36,306 bases of DNA from Intoshia linei (GCA_001642005.1 LWCA01000261.1:1-36306), one strand, 5' to 3'; numbered from the stretch's first letter, positions 1 through 14,069 are shown. Notes: generated from the sequence alone by a model not told the origin. Numbers and translations are program-made.

Positions 1-59
1 GTATTCATTCTGATTTACATTTAGGAAAATTTTCAGTAGACAATCCAATTTTTTATAAA

Positions 60-305
60 ACAAGAAAAAAGGCGAAAAGTATGGACACATTTTTGACATC
101 AATCATTTTTATATTACAATCCTTTGCAATAATGGTAAAATTCGACTGAAATATGTTTATAAAGTGAAGATTCCGCAAATTATAGATACACAATTGGTAT
201 TTATAAGTATTTATTAAATTGGTACTGAATATGTCATCACATTGAAAATGACAAAATAGGTTTTTATTATTTTATTTTTTCTGGAATTTATGCTATTTAT
301 GACAA
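60..305. repeat. Dispersed repeat, with an inverted copy at ~20705-20895
   Basis: aaaagtatggacacatttt, tattacaatcctttgcaataatggtaaaatt and tacacaattggtattt...ttattaaattggt all reappear as reverse complements at ~20705-20895. Confidence 0.75.
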
Positions 306-312
306 TTTTTAG

Positions 313-700
313 GATTGAGTGTTTTTACTTTATTGTTAAGATTATACAACTCATTCTGTCTAATAAATTATACTGTTTTTACTTTATTTTTAATATTATA
401 GACACATTCTGTCTAATAAATTAAAAAAATGGGATAACAAGTTTTTTTAAAAATCTTTACGCAAATGTTAACAAACAAAAAATTAAGATGGAATAATTCA
501 GTTTAAAGTAAAAAGTAATGTGATATGATGGTTCCACCTGAAACAAATTTGAGAACCACTTTTTTAAAAGATTGATAATAGTTAGTAGTAGGATTTTTAA
601 GTTAGATTTTCAACGTGAATTTATTTTTTTGGTATAATAAAAAAGTGCCTTCGGCAGAGCTAGGTGCTGTTTGTACGTAGTACAAAACTGCCAAGCTGGT
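313..700. repeat. Dispersed non-autonomous TE-like repeat (direct copy ~25855-26148; partial inverted copy ~30110-30212)
   Basis: Near-identical blocks (cacattctg..taataaattaaaaaaatgggataaca; aagttagattttcaacgtgaatttattttt; gcagagctagg) recur at 25855-26148. tactacgtacaaacag...gctctgccga at ~30136-30170 is the reverse complement of ~650-685. Confidence 0.8.
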
Positions 701-1357
701 TAATATTATAATATAGTATAGTTATAGTTTTATATTCAAGTACATATACAGTACATATTTTTTTAATACCGATTTAACAAAAATTTGTAGCTCAGTTTCA
801 CAATTATTTTTCTACAAGACTTTATAGATGTAATTTCTATAAATTTCATGCATTAAAACAAAATTAATGTTTTATCTTTGTAATGTAACAGATAAGTGAT
901 CTATAATATTTATTGAATGACATAATAATTAATTAAGTTAACCTATAATAAATTATTTAATTCGATTTTAATGTATGATTTGATTTGAGTGATAATGTGT
1001 GTGTTGATAATGAGAATAAAGTATGTACTTTATTAACATTACAATCTTACCGGCCATTTTTAAATCTATGAAATTTAATCTTTATTAAATGATTTATAAT
1101 TAAAAATTGATAAAGAAATTAGATTTTTATTGACTCAACAATGGGCAATTTAATTTATGTTCAGAGTGAAGCGGACAATTTTACTTTGATATTGTATTTA
1201 GTTTAGTTACGATCTTTTGATTTACGATCTTTTAATTACAGTATTATTTTTGCTGAATGAAATTTAATATTTTAAATTCAAAATTATTTATACATTTTTG
1301 TTGATTCTGTTTCATTCAGTCATTTAATTTAATTGAAGTTATTTATTTATTATCATT

Positions 1358-1802
1358 ATGGAAAACCACGCTGAAATTACAATTTTAATGTCACAAAAGA
1401 ATAAACCAAAATTGTGTTATTTAGGATACTATTATATTATTGATAGAAAAACGTTATCAACGATTAATTGGAAATGTAACGTTCGTAGGTGTAAAGGAAG
1501 AGCTGTTTCATCAATTGGAGTGCTAAATGGTAAATAATTAACATTTAAATAATACATTTATCGATATAGGAGACAGTCAAAAGATTGAAGTAAAAGGAGA
1601 ACATGGACACATGCCAAGTTCAGTCGAAATGGAAATGGATACAGCCAAACAAGTAGCTCGTGAGGCAGCGATTCAAACAATGGATACCACTAGAAACATT
1701 GTTTCTAGTTCTATTGTGGGTTTATCTGGAGAGGCACAATTTCATTTACGTTCAAATCATGCTTTGTCACAGATAATCAGAAGGAAAAGATGTACATCTT
1801 AA
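1358..1802 (+). CDS. FLYWCH zinc-finger protein, N-terminal part of a Mutator-like (MULE) transposase, two exons
   Basis: ATG 1358, 40-nt GT-AG intron 1530-1569. The spliced product MENHAEITILMSQKNKPKLCYLGYYY...INWKCNVRRCKGRA...VKGEHGHMPS has the FLYWCH pattern (W-x-C-x4-C...H-x-H). No DDE domain follows. Flanked by repeated ttacgatcttttga motifs. Confidence 0.7.
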
Positions 1803-3255
1803 TTATCCAATTCAATTTAATATATTTAGTTTAGTTACTAAGTTTATTTTTACGATATTTTGATTTACCATCTTTTGAACGGCCACGAATAGTTTTGGAG
1901 CACTATCAAAATATCGTAAAAATAAATTTAGTAGCCAAACTAAATATACTAAATTGAATTGGATAAAAAAATTTAACTAAATTTAAACATAAGTAAGGAT
2001 TATTTCAAACAACCAGTTTTTTCGAAAAACTGTTGAATAACTTATTAGATGTCTTGGATTAAGAATCTAAATGTGTAATCTTATAAAATTTTCGTAAATA
2101 ACAAAATTATTTCATTTTAAACAAAATATATAGAAAAAGTACGGAAAAATTATGGTGATAAAGTTTTAAAATGACAAAATAAATAAAAATTGTTCGCTGA
2201 CCTAAACCCTTGAGCTACATAAACTTTCACTACGTCAAATCAACAAACATGGCCAAATGTTTATTGATAAATTCTTGAACCATGGTAATATATTTTTGTT
2301 ATCAAAGCATAAATTTATTTTGTAAAAAGTAGCATTCAATTGTATTCAAATTTAATTTTGAGTAAATCCAACTACAGTTCAATTTCAATTGTCAATTTTT
2401 GATTAAAACATGTCTTTCCCTGGTAATTCATATTATTTAATGTATTGATTGATTTTACTTGTACTTTGTATTACCATATTTCTATGTAATGCAGTGGTTC
2501 CCAAAATTTTTACATCATGCACCACAAGTCACAAAAAAATGTGTGTGGACCACCACGCAGAACCTACCGTATCGGAGGGGTGTCCACGAAATTTTTTTAA
2601 AATGAAGCATTTGAAAAATTCTTGAATATCATAACTAATAGGTATCTTAAATTTAAAATGTCAATTCAAGAGCCTTAGAGAGATGGATGGGGTTATACAT
2701 TTCGTATTATTATGTTTATTACACGACAATTCGTATGACAAATTTTTGGCATTTTGGCCCTATTTTTCATTTTAGGTGGCCACAAGCTTGTTAGGCTTGG
2801 CTCTGGGAACTAAGAACTAACTATAAAACTAAGTTAAATTGTTACATAGATTAAATCTAACGCACGTGAAAATTATTCACGTTATTCACTAAAACCTCAC
2901 TTTATTTTGATAAAATGATTTTTACGTTCACTAATAATAATAATTTTATTTTTAAAAAAATGTTATTTTCATTTTATTTAATTTATTTATTTTACTCATC
3001 TAAATTTAGACTAAATTGATATACAGTTTTTAATCAGTCAATAAAATGTCGATTACAATTTTTGTTTGTTACAAAAAAAATTTGCCTATTTTATCAACTA
3101 AACTTTACTTAACATCAATGTTGACCAAAATGAGTGATGCGAGATTTATTTTGTTATTTACGATGTGATTTTTTTCATATTTTTTCGCCCTGACATAGGT
3201 CAACTTGTATTTTGAAAAATAATTTTTTTTCAAAAATATTTAAAATTATGTGTAG

Positions 3256-5686
3256 ACAAGAAAAAATTAGCTCAAGTTTGTAATACAATTGAAGATGAAG
3301 AAAGAGAAATCAGAAAAATTAACATAAAAGGTTGTTTAATAGCGACTCATGCAGCTAAATTTGACGAAATTATTGCTTCTAAAGGTATTTAGTTTATCAT
3401 TCATAATTTAATTTCTTTTAATTTTATTATTATAGAAAAAGAAAAACTAAAACTTTCTAAAATTAACAAAAATGCTATAAATACAAATCCATTCAAGAGA
3501 AAAAATGCTCCATCATCTCATTCATTTTTAAAAAAATCTGAGAAAAGGTACACTATAACTTGGCAAATTGATATTTTGAGTAGTTTTAATTTATTTACTT
3601 TTTATTATATCATTATTCTTTGAAAATTTATATGAAAAATGATTTTGATTGTTTTAAAAATGCAGAATACTATATAGTTAAATTCACCAGCCCTGTCCAC
3701 GTGTCAAATTTTTTTAAATTTTACAGCAGGCTGCAAAAATATAATTTAAAAAATAATGGAAATATATAGCGACACCCACTTTGGTAAACACTGCACTAAA
3801 GAGTGATTTTCCAAAAATATTAACACAACCAATATTTTAAATATATAAATGCTAAACTTTGAAAAAAAATTGACATTTGTTTTGTTAATTTAATATATAT
3901 TTTTAGGGATGATTTATTCGAAAAAACAGTTGGTTCGCTAGGATTCATTTACTAATATTTACTTTAGGAAGCCAAAATTATGGTGTCTGATAAAAATGTT
4001 TTAAATTTCCAAGATAAATGCGAAGGTAAATATTACTTGTATCAATATTATACTGGTTTACTATTTTTGTTCTAGATCGTTGTTTTTACAGACACTGTAA
4101 GTTTTCTGTCCCATACCAATATTCTTCTATAATTATAATTTATTAAAATTTTCATTTTATTTACGCTTATAGTACAAGTTTTATACCGTCAGTTTTCCAA
4201 TTTTTATAATAGTCCACATAGTCTTTATTCCGGTGTATCAACTTATTAATTTTATAGTTGGAATTACTCTTAGACATGCTGTTTTGCTTTTAAATTTGAA
4301 ATTATTGTATACAATAAATGTAATTAATTCTAGTCTAGGTGCTATAAAACCATTTGTTTTTGACGGTACAAGCAATAGTTCGAATAAATTTAAATGTTTT
4401 AAAAATCCCAATATTAACGATGAAAATATAATCGAAGAACCGAATATTAAAAAACAAAAATCAATAAAAAAAGACCTAGAAAGTGAAAATATAATTGACG
4501 AAAAAGAAATTATAATTTTCGAAGATTCAGTCAAATTACATAAATTTGATAAAAATGGGAAGGGTGGATGGGAAGAAAGTGTTAGTGGAAATTTGATTGT
4601 TAAGCAGAATCATTCAGATGAAAACATTATATCTAGTCTAGGTATTTTATAAAAAATCATGTACTTTCACTAAAGATACGTCATTCCATATAGTCAGTGC
4701 CGAACCTACCGTATCCGAGACCCCTCTTTGGGTCTCGAAACAATTTTTGTAAAATAATTGTTCAAAATAAACGACCCTGATTTTTCCTAGGCTAGGTAAA
4801 ATTGGATTTTTTATGTTGTGGTTGAATTAAGTGGATTTTTGAAAAAAATATCTGTAAAAAGAGCTTTTTCTTTGAGAATTTGAAATGGTATTTTTTATTA
4901 AATTTTATTAATGATGGAATAAAAGTGGGATGTTTTAAATAATAATGTACCGGTCGTATAGACTTTGGAATAAATTACCAACAAAATAAACAAAAGTTGA
5001 TAAATTTTTTTTATATTTTATTTGAATCACACCGACCCAAGGGTCCAGGGACTTTAATCGGGAACTGCTGCAATAAATAATTGTTATGAAGCTATTTTCA
5101 ATAGTACACTACCAATTTGACTATACTAAAGAATTATGTGTTTCGTTGAAATTAAAGGACATTGTACAGAACAAAAATTAAATTTTTGGGTTGTAAAAAT
5201 CGCCCAGTTTGGGAACTCCTTCTTTCTACTATATAATAGAAGTTATTTTTTCCGTCTCATCATATGACTGAATTTATTTTACTTTAGTTGTACATGACCC
5301 CAGTAATGGAAAATTGAGAGTAAATGCAATAATAACAAAAAACATTGATGTTGAAATAGTCAAGAAGAGTACGATTCGAATTGGGTTGTTAAATACTACA
5401 GAAAAACGATTAGATTTATACCTTTTCATAGTAAAGTTGTCTTTTTTCTTCAATAAAAAAAATTTAGACAAACAACGATAAAATGTGCAAAATATTGTAT
5501 TCAAGACTCAAAAACTGTGCAAATGGAGCAACATATATAAACGACGAAGAAAATGATAGTGAATCTGATAATTTTGTTTGCTATTTTCCCAATTCTTATT
5601 ATTCAGATACCTCGGAAAATATTACAGACGAGCCTAATAGACAAACCAATACTCCTGAAACAAACAATGAAACACCAAAAGATTAA
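3256..5686 (+). CDS. RANBP3: Ran-binding-domain protein, RANBP3-like (multi-exon; start exon uncertain)
   Basis: Spliced exons (..4641 / 5288-5430 / 5468-5686) read IIFEDSVKLHKFDKNGKGGWEESVSGNLIV...SSLVVHDPSNGKLRVNAIITKNIDVEIVKKSTIRIGLLNTTEKRLDLYLFITNNDKMCKILYSRL, followed by an acidic tail. This is the RanBD layout, closest to RANBP3/Nup50-type domains. Confidence 0.65.
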
Positions 5687-5803
5687 ATGTATATTGTAAA
5701 GTTGTAAATTATCGAGTAAATCGGTTTATTTTCATATTTTGTCATTTTTTATAAACTTTACGTAAAATTTAATTTTAAAATAAAGTTACATTTTTTAACG
5801 ACA

Positions 5804-7309
5804 ATGGAAAAAGATTCATTCGAAGGAAAGTTTGAATTTGGAATTTTGTTAATAAGTGGATCATTCAATTTGACCGTATTAAAAGGATGTGCAAAATGTC
5901 ATGGGTTTCATTTAATGAAGAAAAATGAGCCATATTATTTTTGTAACATTTTGCCATTTTCTCAATTTTGCATAGAATTGTGTGACGACGAATGTAATGA
6001 AAAATCTAATGAATTTCGGTACCGTATTGAGAAAATTGAGAAACCAAACTTGATACACATACAAACGGACTCTTACTTTAGTAGACTGGTTAGAAATATG
6101 AATGCAAAAATTGAACATGAAGTGTTCAATAATTATACCGAAATAAAAAATATGAAAGTTGTGACATATGATTATGATACAATTACTACATTATCGAAGA
6201 TGTGTGGTTTTAACAAAAAGTATTTTGTTATGGGTTCTACTGATACCGGGAAATCAACAATGACAAAATATATTGTGAATTGTCTATTAAATATAAATGA
6301 TAAGGTTTATTATATAGATTGTGATATTGGTCAATCTGAATTCTCTACACCCGGGTGTATTTCATTGTTTTGTTTGAAAAAACCAGTATTTGGACCTCCA
6401 TTCTCTCATGTTATCGAAACTGTTGCTTCTTGTACAATTGCAAATAATACGGTTACAAATATTGAAATTAATTCATATTTAGCATGTGTGAATCATTGCT
6501 ATAATCACTATTTGAATCAAAAAGTAAACGATCCATTAGTAGTAAATTGGATGGGCTGGATCCAGGGGCTCGGGTATCAGTTAATGAAGGAAACTATTAA
6601 AATTGTTCGACCCCATTTTGTTGTACAGTTAGATTCTCCAATGAAACATGTCAATATCAACCCTGTAGACACCTTGTCTATTCAAGATTCAAAGTCTAAA
6701 CGTTCTTTTTCGAAAGAATTTACCAATGTTTTAATAAAATCTCCCATTGCATACAATACCGTCAAAACTTATCCAAACCAAAAACTCAGACAACTCCAAT
6801 TTCTAGTTTATTTTTCGAACGTATTTAAGGTGTTCAATGTTGCTCTTTCTTTAAATTATGCTAAACCTTACATGATACACTTTTCAAATATCTTTATTAA
6901 GCTTCACACTAAAGTGCCTCCAGATATGTATTGTGATGTCATAAATGCGAGCGTGGTTAGTTTGTCACATTTAGAAGATAATTGCGATTATACCCATAAT
7001 TATTGCAATATTTCTAAAATGAATATTCTTCAATCCAATACTACCGAAAAATTTGATCATTTAGGCTACGGTATATTATTTTTTATTAGAAATTTAGCTT
7101 CATTTTTAGGTATAATAAGAAACGTTGATTTAATAAACAGAATTATTTTTGTTATTACTCCTTTATCTTCAAAAATTATTTCACAAGTAAATGTCATCAT
7201 ATGTACAAAAATACCACTTTTAACGAATATTCTTAGTTCTCAGGTAATATTAATATTTTGTTTTCTTATCTACAATGCATTGTAGTGTATTTATCCGTTA
7301 CAGGAATAA
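5804..7309 (+). CDS. NOL9: Polynucleotide 5'-hydroxyl kinase NOL9/Grc3 (Clp1 family)
   Basis: P-loop GSTDTGKST, DCDIGQSEF, PLVVNWMGWIQGLG and C-terminal LGYG|IIRNVD...IFVITPL. 39-nt intron 7071-7109, intron 7244-7285 and a probable terminal exon 7286-7309. Confidence 0.9.
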
Positions 7310-8250
7310 GGTGATAAAATATTTTGAACGAATTATAAATAATTTTTTTACGAATTGGATAATGAGTGCATTGTAAGGTTGATAATCGGTAAAAATTTAT
7401 AATGGTAAATTATATAAATATTATAATTTTATTACAATGCCTATTACTATATTCTATTTGTTTGTTACATATCTTAACTTATATAAACAAATTTTTCGTA
7501 TCTGTCTGTGTGTTATTGTTCATTCCAATAACATAGTTCTAGAATTTAAATAAACACAAATTTCAAGTCAGGTTTTTTCGAGGAGAAAGTAAGATAAATT
7601 TCAATCTAAGAAACTTACATCTTACCGGTGATAACCCCATTTATCTTTATTTCAAAAATCAAACAAGTGCTAGAATTTAAAAAAAATTACAATTCATACA
7701 GTTAACACTCACATAAATTTTTGATTTTACTAAAAAATTACAATAAATTGACATTAAAATACTATTTCAAAAAATAAGAAATTAAATAAGTTTTGATATT
7801 TTAAAAAAATGTACATGTAAAAATAAAATGTATCGATAATTTACCGGTAAAAATTTATTCGGTAAATTGTCCAACCTAGTCCCAATCAAGGCTAAATTAG
7901 GCCTCAACAAATTATTGACAATATTAAATTTAACATTTTTTTTATCGCATATCATTATGCTTTAAAATATTGACTCAACCCATATAATTGTACAAAATAA
8001 TTACAGTAATGCTAAAAAGGGTCTACTGTATTACAATTAAATTTTTACCCATTTTGGTCGTGACAGAACGGGTAATTGAATTTGTATATACATTTATGTC
8101 TATTTTTGTATTGTGATATAGTGCAATGGTCAAATGTACGCGCACCTAGGGTGCATTTGAAATTTTCACATATTTATATAACATTTTTTACATGTATGTT
8201 TTTTTATGCTGAAATGTTCCCAGCTTAATGAGATTACATCTAGTACTTAT

Positions 8251-8667
8251 CAGGGATTGGAAATAATTGATTGCAATCAATTATTTTGTATAAACCAATT
8301 AATTGAAAAATGAAAAGATAATTTTGAATTAATTGGTTTTTTTCATATAACTGAAAAAATATAAATTGAATCATTTTATTGGCGAATAGTTGGATAAAAA
8401 AATTAATTAATGAACAGAAAAATGATGTATTTAATCTACTAGCTTGACTTTTATGTATTTCGAACAAACAGCATCCTAGTATTTATTATAACCACATGAC
8501 AGTTTTTTATAAATGATGATGATATTGTTATCAATCTTTAATTAATTGAAATTTTTTATTTTTCATAAAGCAATTGGAAAATATTTTTTCATTTTTCAAT
8601 TAATTAATTGAATTTTTGAACAAACAATTGATTATTTTTCAATAATTTTTAACAATTCCAATCCCTG
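8251..8667. mobile_element. MITE-like element with terminal inverted repeats
   Basis: CAGGGATTGGAA at 8251 and TTCCAATCCCTG ending at 8667, with an AT-rich interior carrying repeated caatt/aattg motifs. No clear TSD. Confidence 0.55.
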
Positions 8668-8952
8668 TTACAAAAATTGGTTAATATAATTTTTTTCGAG
8701 AAAATTCTGAAAAATTAAAATATCCAAGATTTTTACAAATTCCATAAAATTTTGTACCCAACACAATCACTACCACCTATAGCAATACATTTGATATAAA
8801 AAACTAATTCACTTTACATTTAGACAAACTTGGCATATCAACCAAATTATCTATCATATTCTTCAAACAACATGTTATCAAAGCATCAATCACTGGCATC
8901 AATTAGAAAAAGAAGATGATATTTATATTTAATACAAAATAACAATTATACT

Positions 8953-11285
8953 TTAAATGGGTATAATAGTAGTTTCAAAAGTTTCCATACTGTTTGATAA
9001 CACTCGTGGATCGCCATAGTCATCTCTATACGCTGAAAAAACCATTTTAATTTCAGAGTTTATATACAATCTTCCACTAGACGATTTAACGACTCTAAAA
9101 TAAAAATACATGTAATAATGTATAATTTATTAGTACTTCATATGAAGCAAATGTTTGACATGTCTTTTTTTCCGTCGTTTAAAGTAAATTCGATGTCTAA
9201 TAAAAGAAACATTTTTGCGTTTCAATTCTTTAAAATCGTATGGAACTGAAAATAATTTCACCATTGTATCATTAGGATAAAAAATTGTCTAAATGCAACG
9301 TAAATACTCTGAAACTAAAATTATTACAATTTGTACAAACCCAGATTCAGGTATCATGTATCTTTTTATTTTAGCGGTTCCCTAAATTTAAATAATAACC
9401 GGTACGAAACTAATTACTATTACCAAATAAGGGGACGGAGCGTCCATATAATTTAATTTGAAAAACGATATATCTAGTGGTATTTTTATTAGGTCAGTTT
9501 TAAAATTTCCATGAGCCACAAGTTCACAATAAAAATTTTTCAAATGACCGTATTCCTTGAATCGTCTTTTCAATATACTTTCCTAAAGAGGTAAAATTAC
9601 AATGTAAACAATTAAACACAACCTCAAAGTTTATATAAAAATGTTTTCCTGGTATACTTGCTAAATCAATATTTCTAAATAAAAGAATTAAAAATGTTAA
9701 CTTTTTAATTACTCATTTAGTTCATTGTATGAGGTTTTTGATTTAAAGGTAGTCTAAAAATATTAAATAAATGGTAATTAAATTTATTTAAATAAAGAAA
9801 AATTACTTTTAAACAATTGATAGGTTTATTATTTTCTTTCTTGTCAAGTTTATATTGAGAAAAATGCTTCATCAAGTTTAGTTTTTTATGTTTGTTGATA
9901 TATGTTATTTGCGAACGTAAGAAAACGTTTTTAAGGGTATTCTTTTTTTGGAATATTGGCTCCTTTAATAAATTTGCATTTTTATCGCACACGTCAAAAC
10001 CACAAGGTGAATCAGAACGTGATTCAAGTTGTTTAATGTCTTTATATCGGTTTTTTAAATTGTGAGGTTTAAAGAGGTTACCAGATAATTCCATTTCAAT
10101 ATTATATTTTTGTGAATTTGTTTTTGATTCCAACTTGCGTTCATGTTTTTGACAAACGTAAGTAGTTGACAAGTTACACATTGAGGAATATTTTTTACCT
10201 TCACTATTTAACATGTTTAAATTTTTACGATAGATTTGAGGAGTAAGATTGGAATAGGGCGGAATAACTGTTTGAGAATCTTTATTCTTTTTATATATAC
10301 AGGGTTTATATACAATAGATGTAAAATTATTTTGATCGTGACAGTCGAGGTTGGGGAGTAAGTTGTAGCAATCATGATTTGGTGTAACTTGACTACTTGA
10401 TCCATATTTGTAATTCAAGGCTTTAGAATCACGATGAGAGTAAGCATCTATAATTTGAAGAACAGTAAACATAAAATTTTTAATTTCGGTAATTTTAATA
10501 TTAATGTTTTCATCATAAAATGGCGGGCTAGCTTTTTCGCAACAAGATAGAATGATTGGTTGGACACAAATAAAAGCAGGTAAATGTTTGTATTTTATAA
10601 ACTTTTTATTTACAATTAATTCCATTGACGCGTCCAGTAACATGTCGTCTCCGAAAAGACTTTCCACAAACCAAAATTGTTTGATTCGTTTGAGTGAACT
10701 TTGAAAATTATTTACTTTGGGCGGTTTTACTTGGCAGTCGTCTGCATAGTGTCCATTTTTGGAACTGTACAATTTAAATTTAACGGACGAGACATTTTGC
10801 TGAAACCAATGAGAAAACTCCTTGTCATGAATTACCGAACAAGAATACATGTGTTGGATTTCTTGCATCAAATTGTGTCTTTTCGCCAAATTAGAATTTT
10901 TTGTAACTCCAATGGAAAATTTCCACCTTTCAAGTAAAACTGTATCTTCTTGTTTTTCATTCATAAATTCACACATTGGTATGAAATTTTCATAGACGGC
11001 CGTATTAAAGCAACTTTCTTTTTCATTTGATACACCCTTCTTCAGGCAGTGTATATCTATAAACACGGATCCACATTTGTTTAATAAATTGCTAATATGG
11101 TAGCTTAAATTTCTCAATATTTCGTCATTCAGACTAGAATCGAACATTGATGTTATAAAACCCGGCACATCCACAAACTTTGTAAACTCTGACAAATCCG
11201 CCAGTTCCTCCATACTCTCATCCTCGCAATCATTACTATTGAGTCGATTTGTAATTTGATGTTTCTGTAAATCTAAAAATTTCAT
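8953..11285 (-). CDS. ATOSA: Atos homolog / FAM214-like protein (DUF4210 plus C-terminal chromosome-segregation domain); 5' end may extend further
   Basis: A large exon containing LLERWKFS is followed by short exons spelling INFE|ESILKRRF...KIPLDISFFKLNYMDAPSPYL|GTAKIKRYMIPESGFVQI|TIFYPNDTMVKLFSVPYDFKEL...KHLLHM|..KSSSGRLYINSEIKMVFS. This matches the FAM214 C-terminus (NFEESVL..RF, APSPY, TLFNPNKTVVKMF, SKSGKIYL). Confidence 0.85.
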
Positions 11286-13243
11286 TTATAACATATTCTC
11301 CCAGAAACAGATTTGCAAATGATTGTTACTAGAATAAAACATTACTGAAACTGTCTCAGATATTGAGACCGCTGCAGTGATATAAACTTTATTCAAATTC
11401 ATATCAAGATTACAAAATTACCTTTAGATTTCTGGATATTTTCCTTAAGTCGCTTCACTTTGTCAATATCAATACACTTAGACTCTAGCCCAATGTGACC
11501 AACGTTGGAATTTTTCATAATTTTGTCAAATACTTGAATATTTTTATCTAAATTTTCAATGTTTAATAGTATTCACTTGGATTATAATTATCAACAATTG
11601 TTTCACTTGTTTTACAAGAAAATTATATTTGTTTATCTGCAGAATATTTCGTTTGCAAAATCAAATATTTAAGATAGCTGTCGTTTATATTAACCAGCAC
11701 ATAACTTGCATCAAAATGAACACAATCTGGACTATCTTTTAGATACTGAATAATTTTTCATTTGATATTTAAAAATAGAAACTGAAACTATTACATAATT
11801 ATGTCAAATTTCATTTCTACAAATTATAATTAACTACTAACGTAATTAATTGCACGTCCAAGTGTTCCAGTTTATTGCAAATGTTTTAATATTCACTCAA
11901 AATAAATTTCACATTACTGAGGAAAAAAATTTTTACCAAAATCAATTTTTTTAAATACGCCCCCTCCAAGTAATGCAGTATTTATAATTAAAAGAAAACA
12001 AGTTTTAAGCGTATAATAAACATTTTAAAATTACGCCAACAAATGTAATTCTTCTTTTAATTTTCTGTACGTAAAAGTTTGTTAAATAAACAATCAAATG
12101 AACGACCTAAATAGCGAATATAAACTGCACCAATTTATATGTAGAACAAATTGTGTTAATCATATATCTAATGGTAGAAGCTTCATCGCGAATAAAATTT
12201 ATACAAATTCTTAAAATTAAACTTAGAAACCAGTGTAAATTTTGAGTGCATTGTATATATAGTTTACTAAACCATTTTACTGTAACATATCTTAACACTA
12301 AATATTACATACATTACGTTTTGATAAAAATGACACGTATCACATTGAAATGTAATTGGTACAATAACTTAATTTATGTTTGTAGAATGGTTATTGATTT
12401 AAAACAATAAATAATATTTTTTTCATAATTATTAATTCATTAATACGTCTATTATTCAAAAAAGTTATATACCAGTTAACTTGCAATATAATAAACATCA
12501 TACATTACAAGTAAGAGGGACTTCCATTTAATACCCAATACGAGTTACATTATCTCGATTTTTTTAAATTATAAAACCGAATAACTGCTTTTATATTTTT
12601 TTAGTTTAGCCTCGTTATACGTTTTAATACATTTAAATGTAACGTATAACACGATATAATTGGTAAATTTACAAAGATCATTGAACGTACGGGTGATACA
12701 TTTTATAATAAAACCAACAATTTTAATTAAAATGGATATATCAATTATATACAGGTTATATGCGAATCATGGTTTACCTTCCAATTCAATAGTATATTCT
12801 TATGATGGTTTAACCATGTTCAGTCTACTTCGCCATATATATCCTCTTTTGAAAATTATTGAAATTTATTATTATTTTAACCACCCTTTTCGAATGTAAA
12901 GTATATCTTCGATTTTAGCCGTGAGTTTGCTCGATTCATAAGATTTGAAAGGTTCTTAGTATAACTTATTTATTTATTTTTTTATTGTTACCTATGGATT
13001 GATCTGAAACTGTTTTATAACTATTTTAAGACTTTTGTAAAAAACAACAACTAGCTCACAAAGTTGAAAAATAATTATCAATTCATAAAAAACATTACCC
13101 TTAATCATATTCATCAAGCGTACCTTCTAACACGTTATTCTCAATATATCACTCAATATTCAACGTATATTCTAAAAATCAGCATAAATATCTACTAAAA
13201 TTTAGTCTGACTCAAACAATACATCTAAATTTATATGCTACAT

Positions 13244-13889
13244 CAGTGGTTCTCAAACTTGGGTCCACGGACCCTCGGGGGTCCATGAGACCATGTTCGA
13301 GGTTCCGTAAGTTTAAATAAAATTTTGAATTATAAAAAATAAATCGATTTTTTAAATAATTTGTTGTTATTAATTTAAACAATTAAAAATGCAAATCGAA
13401 TTAATTTCCCATATAATAATCAAAACAACGTCATTTTTTCGTTATTGAAAATTTATGTCACACCTTTCAATTTCTCTATTATACGAGCTATGCTGTGTTT
13501 GAAATCCTAATTTAACCTCAATTTAGAACATAGACTTTAATGATTCTGAGGACTTCACTGACAACAGGTCACTGGTTACAAACTGAACTTTTTATAAAAT
13601 TTGAGCATGAATTTATACTTAAAAGTACTTTTTGTACATTACTGGGAAAAATCAAGTGTTTGTACAATTAAAAATAAAAATTAAGTTTGTGTTCACAATT
13701 AAAAATAGTGTATAAGTTTATTGTAAATTGAACATTACTTAGTCTCTTATTTTCAATAAGTATTTTATTAATCATTTACCCTAATTTATGGATAATAAAA
13801 ATCATTTTTTTTTGAATTAATAATGTTAATAAAACATTTCTTAAAAATTAAAAATGGACCAAAAAATTTAAAAAGTTTGAAAACCCCTG
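13244..13889. mobile_element. Non-autonomous hAT (Charlie-like) element
   Basis: TIRs CAGTGGTTCTCAAACTT / AAGTTTGAAAACCCCTG and a perfect 8-bp TSD TGCTACAT at 13236-13243 and 13890-13897. Confidence 0.9.
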
Positions 13890-14069
13890 TGCTACATGAT
13901 TCATATTGTAAAATGATATATAATATATCAGTATACGAAAAATGATTTAGTATGGACTAGATATCTGATATCATTCGCAACATTATGTCAATTAATTCAA
14001 GCTACACATAGTGGAATTTTATAGAAACAATAATAACAAATGTAAGGGTAATGTGAATAAAGTGTAAAC

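Noticed and set aside
4238-12899. Short ORFs such as 4238-4534, 5274-5504, 5912-6118, 8240-8467, 10217-10405, 10701-10937, 12107-12298 and 12660-12899
   Set aside because: They are antisense or alternate-frame shadows of real exons, or low-complexity AT-rich frames rich in F/I/L/K/N.
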